Shown here: piece after piece, positions 16,512-22,076 of the stretch
Position numbering within the stretch: the stretch's first letter is position 1
Layout: every line of letters begins with the position of its first letter
Source: a virus
Taxonomy: Duplodnaviria > Heunggongvirae > Uroviricota > Caudoviricetes
DNA: 22,076 nucleotides
Reading direction: 5' to 3' (one strand)
Virus record (IMG/VR): IMGVR_UViG_3300028797_000106
Notes under the pieces: model-generated
Told to the model about the DNA's origin: nothing
What the model saw: only the letters and a program-made list of their open reading frames with translations
Database searches by the model: none
Program-made: the position numbers and the translations under genes

Positions 16512-17394
16512 TACTTTTCCTAAGAACATTCTTGAACTCGAAGACATTGATGAAAACATGTCTGACCAGGACTTCCAAGCAATAGTCTGCAGACTGGTGA
16601 AAGATGAGTTCGGAAACCACACAAAGGTGGACTACGGATATTCCATCCGCTTTGCATCTTCGGTTGCGAGCGTGCCTCGCAGCAGTTTCGTTGATTATGA
16701 TGCAAGACATCAGTATTCATACCGAGACAACCGTCCGCCTACTTTCGCATTCTTCAACCCTAACCTCAAGAATAAAAGTTCTTGGTATGAACAGGCTGGT
16801 CGTTATGTGAACTACACACAAAGGGAAGTATCTGGCCGTCAGCGGACCCACGATGATGATCTTGAAGTGGAATTGTCGCATACATGCATCTTTTACAATG
16901 TTAAATATGCAACCTATGAATACTGCAAGTTCTATAAGTTGTGGGCATTCTTAAATCCGAAGGGTTGGATTTTCAAAAATCTTCTTACTGAAGAAGAAAA
17001 GGCAGAAGTTCTTGCCAATGATTCTACAAAGCAGAAGAAGATGAACGAATATCTAAAGAAGGACCTCGGACTTCGTATTAGCTCACAACCCGGCGTCATG
17101 GCTAAGGATGCAGTCTATACGGTATCTTATAAAGGAAACTCGCTTGCATCATACAATTTCTGTGTATTTGACACAATGAATGACAAGAATGTCTGGGGTA
17201 TCCGCTTTACCCAATTTTGGACAGGAGAAACTAAGTATAATGGGTCAGAGGACTCTTTTGTGCCTTACACAGAACTGACTGAGGAAATCATTGACGAAAA
17301 GTTCAAGACATTCCTTGAAAGAGTTGAAAAGAAATTGATGTTGACGATTGGAACTGTCCGCATGCGCCGCGAACAGATGGAAAATAAAACATAA
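16504..17394 (+). CDS. Hypothetical protein (296 aa)
   Basis: AAGGA SD and an 8-nt overlap with the upstream gene. No family recognised. Confidence 0.8.
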   Translation: MANTFPKNILELEDIDENMSDQDFQAIVCRLVKDEFGNHTKVDYGYSIRFASSVASVPRSSFVDYDARHQYSYRDNRPPTFAFFNPNLKNKSSWYEQAGRYVNYTQREVSGRQRTHDDDLEVELSHTCIFYNVKYATYEYCKFYKLWAFLNPKGWIFKNLLTEEEKAEVLANDSTKQKKMNEYLKKDLGLRISSQPGVMAKDAVYTVSYKGNSLASYNFCVFDTMNDKNVWGIRFTQFWTGETKYNGSEDSFVPYTELTEEIIDEKFKTFLERVEKKLMLTIGTVRMRREQMENKT

Positions 17395-17411
17395 AATTCG
17401 TTTGTTGTCCA

Positions 17412-17440
17412 TTTAAGTCTGCCCAACTATTTGTTATATT
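17412..17440 (+). promoter_or_regulatory. Promoter P6 (extended -10 type)
   Basis: TGT-TATATT (17435-17440) with a degenerate -35 (TTTAAG at 17-nt spacing). GTAAACAAAA at 17447, the same offset as in P1 and P3. Confidence 0.6.
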
Positions 17441-17470
17441 TTAACTGTAAACAAAACAAGGAATTAACTT

Positions 17471-18109
17471 ATGGGAACCAAACTTACAAAAGAAACGGCA
17501 CAGGCTTTGTTTGAAAAGAACCTTGCTGCCCGCAACATCACCCTCTCATTTCCGAACATCGGACTTTCCATTCTCGACATCAAGGGAATGACAAAGCGTT
17601 TCAGCACGGTAAACCCTGGGCAGTTTGAAATTGCCTTCGTCTCGAAGAACCCTTCTTTCCCAGGCATCTGTGCCATTTCCCTTGACAATGTGGGTTCCAA
17701 GTTTATGAAAGACGGTCTTCGTGAAGCGTCTTCCACTTACATCAAGATCCCCGTTGCCTTTGAACTTGTCGCTTTCGGTCCTTGGTACCGCGAGAACATT
17801 TCTCCGGTGACTGCCCGCAAGCAGTATGGCATGAAGTTCCTTGAAACTGAGGAAGAAGTTGAGGAATGGTTCAAACAGCTTGATGAAGAACTGCCTATCT
17901 GGCAGAATCAGCACAAGAAATGTTCCGAAGCTCTTAAGTACATCAAGGAACACGGAAAGGAATACAAAGATATCATGAAGGCTCACAGTTCTCATTCTAC
18001 CGAATGGAAACAGGCTCGTGAAGCCTATGAACACATGATTACTTTGCAGATGACAAAGATTGCGAAGCGTGATGCCTTGCAGCAAGAAGCTCGTAAGGGA
18101 TTGGCATAA
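17471..18109 (+). CDS. Hypothetical protein (212 aa)
   Basis: AAGGA SD and first gene after P6. The C-terminus looks helical. Confidence 0.8.
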   Translation: MGTKLTKETAQALFEKNLAARNITLSFPNIGLSILDIKGMTKRFSTVNPGQFEIAFVSKNPSFPGICAISLDNVGSKFMKDGLREASSTYIKIPVAFELVAFGPWYRENISPVTARKQYGMKFLETEEEVEEWFKQLDEELPIWQNQHKKCSEALKYIKEHGKEYKDIMKAHSSHSTEWKQAREAYEHMITLQMTKIAKRDALQQEARKGLA

Positions 18110-18118
18110 GGAGGAAAC

Positions 18119-18460
18119 ATGGGTACCGTTATCGCATCAGTTCTTCTTGCGCTTGTCATCGCTGTTATCGTTCTTGAGTTCATCTTGCTCAACAGGCATC
18201 AGGCGGATTTGATTTATCCTATTCATCTGATTGAATCCGCCATCATCGGTGTCGTCTTCAGCACTTGCTTGCTCTACTTGGCAGGACAAATTGTTATTTG
18301 CTACAAGATGGATCTTCCGGTAAGAGAGGTTTATGTAAATCGTTGCACGACCCTCAACGGACAAGAGGTTTGCGGCAAGTATCACTACGAAGATGAACAG
18401 ATTATTTTTGACCAGGACTCGACTGGAAGATTTGACCTCAAAATTAAAAAAGGAAAATAA
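18119..18460 (+). CDS. Membrane protein with 2 TM helices (113 aa)
   Basis: AAGGAGG SD. Two hydrophobic stretches, followed by a polar tail with a C-x7-C pair. Confidence 0.75.
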   Translation: MGTVIASVLLALVIAVIVLEFILLNRHQADLIYPIHLIESAIIGVVFSTCLLYLAGQIVICYKMDLPVREVYVNRCTTLNGQEVCGKYHYEDEQIIFDQDSTGRFDLKIKKGK

Positions 18461-18462
18461 AC

Positions 18463-19686
18463 ATGGCACACTTACCACAAATTATCACACATCTCACTGA
18501 CAACGATTACTATAAGTATACCATGGGACAGATGTTCGTGCATCAGTTCCATGATATGAAGGTCGAGTGGACTTACAAGAACCGCGACAAAGACCGCATC
18601 TTCACCCGTGAGATGATTGATGAAATCAACTATCAGATTGACCTTTACTCCAAGCTCCGCTACACACCGTGGGAACTTGAAGGGTTCAAGAAGATTGACC
18701 ACATGAAGGAGGACTACGTCCGTTTCCTTCAGCGCTACACGATTGACCGTGACGAAATCACCTGCCGCTTTGACGAAAAGACACAGCAGCCGGAAATTCA
18801 CTTCCGCGGCTACAATGTGGATGTGAGCTATCACGAAGTGCCTGTCATGTCCATTGTTTCGGAAGTTTGGTTCCGCATGACCTACTCGCCGGAAGAACAG
18901 GCTAAGATCATTGAAGACGCAAAGGAACGCTTCAAGAAGAAGGTTGACAAACTCATCAAGGGTGAAATCAAGATTGGCGCATTCAGCGAATTTGGTACAC
19001 GCCGTCGCTTCTGCAAGGAGTTCCAAGAATGGGCTCTGCGCTACATCCTTCAGTTCAAGTTCCCGGGAACCGTCTTCGTTGGAACCTCCAACGTTTACTT
19101 CTCGTTCTTGCTCGGCACCAAGCCGATTGGAACTATGGCTCACGAAGCGATTGAACTTGTGGGTCAGGGATTGCCGCAGCACAACCCGGCATACTCGAAC
19201 CTTTACATGATGAAGCATTGGATTAAGGAATATGGTACTAAGAACGGTATCTACCTGACCGACTGTATCACGACTGACTGCTTCTTGAAGGACTTCGGCG
19301 AAACCTTCGCTCGTCTCTTCGGCGGTGTCAGACATGACTCGGCTGACCCGATTGCTTGGGGTGAAAAGATGCTCGCCCACTACATGAAGATCGGCGTGCC
19401 TTACGCAGACAAGACACTCTTGTTCAGCGACTCGTTGAACTTCGAGAAGGCGGAAGTGATTTATCAGCGCTTCGCACTTCGCTGCAAGGTGGCCTTCGGT
19501 ATCGGAACTTGGCTGCTGAATGACACAGGTCACTTCAAGCCGATGAACCAAGTCATTAAGTTGACTGAAGTGAACGGCATTCCGGTCTGTAAGGTATCGG
19601 ACGATGACGGTAAGTTCATGGGTAAGAGTGAAGAATATCACGAATACCTGAAGCGTGCCATCAAGTGGAGAGTTGAACATGACTAA
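18463..19686 (+). CDS. pncB: Nicotinate phosphoribosyltransferase (NAPRTase, PncB type; 407 aa)
   Basis: LTDNDYYKYTMGQ, SEFGTRRR, GTSNV, IGTMAHE (with the phospho-His position), YLTD, GVRHDSADP, LLFSDSLN, AFGIGT and NQVIKL...PVCKVSDDDGK appear in PncB order. Confidence 0.95.
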   Translation: MAHLPQIITHLTDNDYYKYTMGQMFVHQFHDMKVEWTYKNRDKDRIFTREMIDEINYQIDLYSKLRYTPWELEGFKKIDHMKEDYVRFLQRYTIDRDEITCRFDEKTQQPEIHFRGYNVDVSYHEVPVMSIVSEVWFRMTYSPEEQAKIIEDAKERFKKKVDKLIKGEIKIGAFSEFGTRRRFCKEFQEWALRYILQFKFPGTVFVGTSNVYFSFLLGTKPIGTMAHEAIELVGQGLPQHNPAYSNLYMMKHWIKEYGTKNGIYLTDCITTDCFLKDFGETFARLFGGVRHDSADPIAWGEKMLAHYMKIGVPYADKTLLFSDSLNFEKAEVIYQRFALRCKVAFGIGTWLLNDTGHFKPMNQVIKLTEVNGIPVCKVSDDDGKFMGKSEEYHEYLKRAIKWRVEHD

Positions 19687-19945
19687 GAAGCAGCTCCTCA
19701 TTGCCACCATCGCTATCCTTCTGATACCGATTGCGGTAATCTGTGCGGACCAATTAACCGTATGTCGCGGCGATAACTGTTGGAAGACTGAAGTTCCCAA
19801 TATGAAAACATGGGAATGGAAGACCGCAGCCGACGGCACAAAATTTGTCCGCGTCTTGACACATGACGGTCATCTTGTTGACATCTACGGCAAGGAATTG
19901 TCCGTCACTGCTGTGAAGAAGCAGACAAGAAAGAAGAATAAATAA
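19679..19945 (+). CDS. Putative secreted/periplasmic small protein (88 aa)
   Basis: GGAG SD before ATG 19679. The basic-hydrophobic N-terminus MTKKQLLIATIAILLIPIAVICA|DQ looks like a Sec signal peptide. A C-x4-C pair lies in the mature part. Confidence 0.7.
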   Translation: MTKKQLLIATIAILLIPIAVICADQLTVCRGDNCWKTEVPNMKTWEWKTAADGTKFVRVLTHDGHLVDIYGKELSVTAVKKQTRKKNK

Positions 19946-19948
19946 GAC

Positions 19949-20065
19949 ATGAAAAAGAAAATCTTAAAATGGTTGGGCATTGCTTTTGTGGGCGCAGTTG
20001 TTGCCCATGAAACAAATGCTCTGGCCGAAATCAGAAAAGAACTACTTAAACTAAGGAACTTATAA
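19949..20065 (+). CDS. Small ORF (38 aa) missing from the ORF track; membrane anchor or signal-like
   Basis: MKKKILKWLGIAFVGAVVAHETNALAEIRKELLKLRNL* fills the gap, 3 nt after the previous stop and 1 nt before the RNA ligase ATG. The SD is weak. Confidence 0.55.
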   Translation: MKKKILKWLGIAFVGAVVAHETNALAEIRKELLKLRNL

Positions 20066-20066
20066 T

Positions 20067-21356
20067 ATGTATGGAAAGAAGTTAGCCTACATCGTTGAAA
20101 TTAAGGATGTGGTTGAAATCCCAGGGGCAGACCGTATTGAATTGGTTCATGTCCTTGACTACACAGTGGTCGTTAAGAAGGGTGAATATAAGCCCGGCGA
20201 CCTTGGCCTTTATGTGGAAGTTGACTCTGTTCTTCCCGACGGCTTCACTCCCGAACAGAAGGTGACCTATGAGTCCATCAAGGACGGGTCTTACTTCAAG
20301 GGCGTGGAAGTGTCTTTGGAAGAAGCAGACGCTGCAATGGAAAGACTCAAGGCAGAGTCTAAGTACCCTTACTTTGAATTCTTGAGAGAAAAGAAGTTCA
20401 AGATTAAGAGTATGAAGCTCGGCAAGTTTGGCGTGGTATCTCAGGGTATCTTGTTCAAGCCTTCTGAGCTTGGACTTGACAAGGTAAAGCTCGGTCAGGA
20501 CTTTACTGAACAGTTCGCTATCACTGAAATGGTTCAAGACGAAGAAGAAGCAGGTCTTAACACAAGCACGCAAAAGGACAACTGGCTCGTCAAGAAGTTG
20601 ATGAGATATGCTTGGTTCCGTGCTTGGCGTAAGTCTCGCAACATTCAAGAAACTTGGGACCCAACATTCCCAGGCAAGTCTGACGAAGAAAACGTTCAGA
20701 AGCTTTACACCCGTATGTATGAAAAATACGCCGACAAGGAATGGGTTGCTACTGAAAAGCTTGAAGGTCAGAACATCACCGTTTTCTCTGAAGAAATCAA
20801 AGGTCTCTTTGGAAAGAGCAAGAAGAGGGTCGGTGTGTGCTCCAGAACCCGTGAACTTCGTCCGAACGGAACTGGTAAGAACTTCTGGGATACTGTAAAG
20901 CGTCTTGGCCTTGACAAGAAGATTGCAGCAATTCCTGGTGAATGGTTCTGCCGTGGTGAACATGTGGGTCCTGGCATTCAGGGCAACATCTACAAGCTCC
21001 CAAGAACCGAAGTTTACTTCTTTGACTTTTACCGCAAGGAGTATTACATTGACACAACTTGCGGCAAGAAGAGGAAGTCTCGTTGGGTAAAGCTCAACTT
21101 TGAGGAATCTGTTGCCTTCGCTAAGGAACACGACCTTCCGTTTGTGCCTATCCTTGACGAACACTACAAGTTGCCTGCTGGAACTGTGAATGACAAGGGT
21201 GTTGCTCTTTCTGGAGCAGACATCATGCTTCAACAGTCCGACAAGAACACTGTGTTTGGAAACAACCTCAAGCACAAGAGAGAAGGATTTGTTCTTCGTC
21301 TTCGTGACGATTACAGCGTTTCCTTCAAGGTCAAGAACCCTAACTACTCTATCTAG
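20067..21356 (+). CDS. ATP-dependent RNA ligase, DRB0094/Rnl5 type (N-terminal OB domain plus NTase; 429 aa)
   Basis: N-terminus KLAYIVEIKDVVEIPGADRIELVHV.DYTVVVKKGEYKPGD..LYVEVDSVLP. Motif I TEKLEG, Ia CSR, III RGEHVGPGIQGNIY, IIIa YFFD, VPIL, IV REGFVLR, V SFKVKNPNY. Confidence 0.92.
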   Translation: MYGKKLAYIVEIKDVVEIPGADRIELVHVLDYTVVVKKGEYKPGDLGLYVEVDSVLPDGFTPEQKVTYESIKDGSYFKGVEVSLEEADAAMERLKAESKYPYFEFLREKKFKIKSMKLGKFGVVSQGILFKPSELGLDKVKLGQDFTEQFAITEMVQDEEEAGLNTSTQKDNWLVKKLMRYAWFRAWRKSRNIQETWDPTFPGKSDEENVQKLYTRMYEKYADKEWVATEKLEGQNITVFSEEIKGLFGKSKKRVGVCSRTRELRPNGTGKNFWDTVKRLGLDKKIAAIPGEWFCRGEHVGPGIQGNIYKLPRTEVYFFDFYRKEYYIDTTCGKKRKSRWVKLNFEESVAFAKEHDLPFVPILDEHYKLPAGTVNDKGVALSGADIMLQQSDKNTVFGNNLKHKREGFVLRLRDDYSVSFKVKNPNYSI

Positions 21357-21365
21357 GAGATACCT

Positions 21366-21854
21366 ATGAAATGCAAGATCACAAAGGCAAAGTCGCCTAA
21401 AGGAAGACGCAGTCTTAAGACTCTTAAAACTATCGCCAATGAATTTGGTGAGGAAAAGAAGAAGAAGGCTGCTCCGAAAAAGAAGCCAACCAAGAAGGTA
21501 GAGGAAACTCGCAAGGTGGAAGTGCCCGAAGGGTTCCATCTTTGTGAGGAAGAACTGAAGCCTCTGTCTTGGAGGACGATCATTGACAATATGAATAAGT
21601 CTGGTGAAGATCATCTTGACCAGCCGATGTTGATGCGTCTTCCGCTTGCAGTTCGCATCGGTACTTGGCCTGATGACAAACCTCAGATTGCGACTCATGT
21701 GGGCATCATCCGCTTGAAGACGGGAGAATACAAGCAGTTGTTCTTCCAAGAATTCAAGCCTGGTATGCTCTGCGCCATTGACCGCATCTTTGGCAATGAA
21801 ATCCAAAGAATGGACGGCACGACCGTCAAATGCAAGAAAGAAGTAATAAATTAA
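21366..21854 (+). CDS. Hypothetical protein (162 aa) with a Lys-rich N-terminus
   Basis: AGGAG SD 5 nt before ATG 21366. Confidence 0.78.
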   Translation: MKCKITKAKSPKGRRSLKTLKTIANEFGEEKKKKAAPKKKPTKKVEETRKVEVPEGFHLCEEELKPLSWRTIIDNMNKSGEDHLDQPMLMRLPLAVRIGTWPDDKPQIATHVGIIRLKTGEYKQLFFQEFKPGMLCAIDRIFGNEIQRMDGTTVKCKKEVIN

Positions 21855-21865
21855 GTGAGCGACAT

Positions 21866-22076
21866 ATGTACATTGTTGAGGCATTGAAGAAAGAAGTTAA
21901 TCTGAATGGGACGACACTCCAGGATTTAGACATGTATGATTCGTATCTGCAGCGTCACTTTGCTTCGGGAGATAATCTTGAGAAGATTTACAATTCTGAT
22001 AAGCCTTCCTACCAACTTTTCAAAGAAGCGTGGGTAGCTCTCGCCGAAGGACGGCGTGGAGATTACAACAAGTACA
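21866..22076 (+). CDS. Hypothetical protein, 3'-truncated
   Basis: ATG 21866, MYIVEALKKEVNLNGTTLQDLDMYDSYLQRHF...; the frame is open to the window end. Confidence 0.6.
   Translation, partial: MYIVEALKKEVNLNGTTLQDLDMYDSYLQRHFASGDNLEKIYNSDKPSYQLFKEAWVALAEGRRGDYNKY

Noticed and set aside
18463-19686. Calling this Nampt/NadV (NARP2)
   Set aside because: The motifs are PncB-type (YKYTM, GTRRR, GTMAHE, RHDS), not NadV-type.
21354-21368. The only TAG stop is in frame with the next gene (TAG GAG ATA CCT ATG), hinting at readthrough or TAG recoding
   Set aside because: The ligase ends at its natural motif V terminus, the spacer is the SD (AGGAG) of the next gene, and no conserved gene here is interrupted by TAG or TGA. 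Code 11 suffices.
10125-21884. Long minus-strand ORFs (384, 455, 600, 225 aa and others)
   Set aside because: They are codon-aligned antisense shadows of well-supported + genes, caused by avoidance of TTA/CTA/TCA. They have no SD, promoter or recognisable motif.
1-22076. tRNA genes, CRISPR arrays, DGR repeats, introns/inteins, transposases
   Set aside because: Intergenic gaps are too short or lack cloverleaf and repeat-spacer patterns. The three enzymes have normal lengths with no intein or homing-endonuclease motifs. This was checked by eye only.

Overview
A fragment of a large T4-like (jumbo/myovirus-type) bacteriophage genome, with every credible gene on the + strand and standard code 11. 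Bases 1-7848 are the end of a translationally coupled, probably late/structural operon. It holds a 5'-truncated unknown ORF, a 1668-aa acidic protein with GLUG-like beta-helix rungs, a 319-aa protein with a Lys-rich collagen-like stretch, and a T4 gp14-like neck protein. An AT-rich spacer with hairpins (7849-8077) follows. Bases 8078-22076 are a dense early/accessory region of about 27 mostly unknown genes. It is punctuated by a repeated sigma70-like promoter (TTGCCA-N17-TAWWTT, often with RTAAA 7 nt downstream). It also carries three recognisable enzymes: an ATP-dependent DNA ligase, a PncB-type nicotinate phosphoribosyltransferase, and an Rnl5/DRB0094-type RNA ligase. The best leads are the PncB-type (not Nampt-type) NAD salvage gene, the giant split beta-helix virion protein, the repeated promoter cassettes, an insulated single-gene unit, and a sharp TCA/TTA/CTA codon-usage break between modules. 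All family calls come from motif recognition by eye; no database searches were run.
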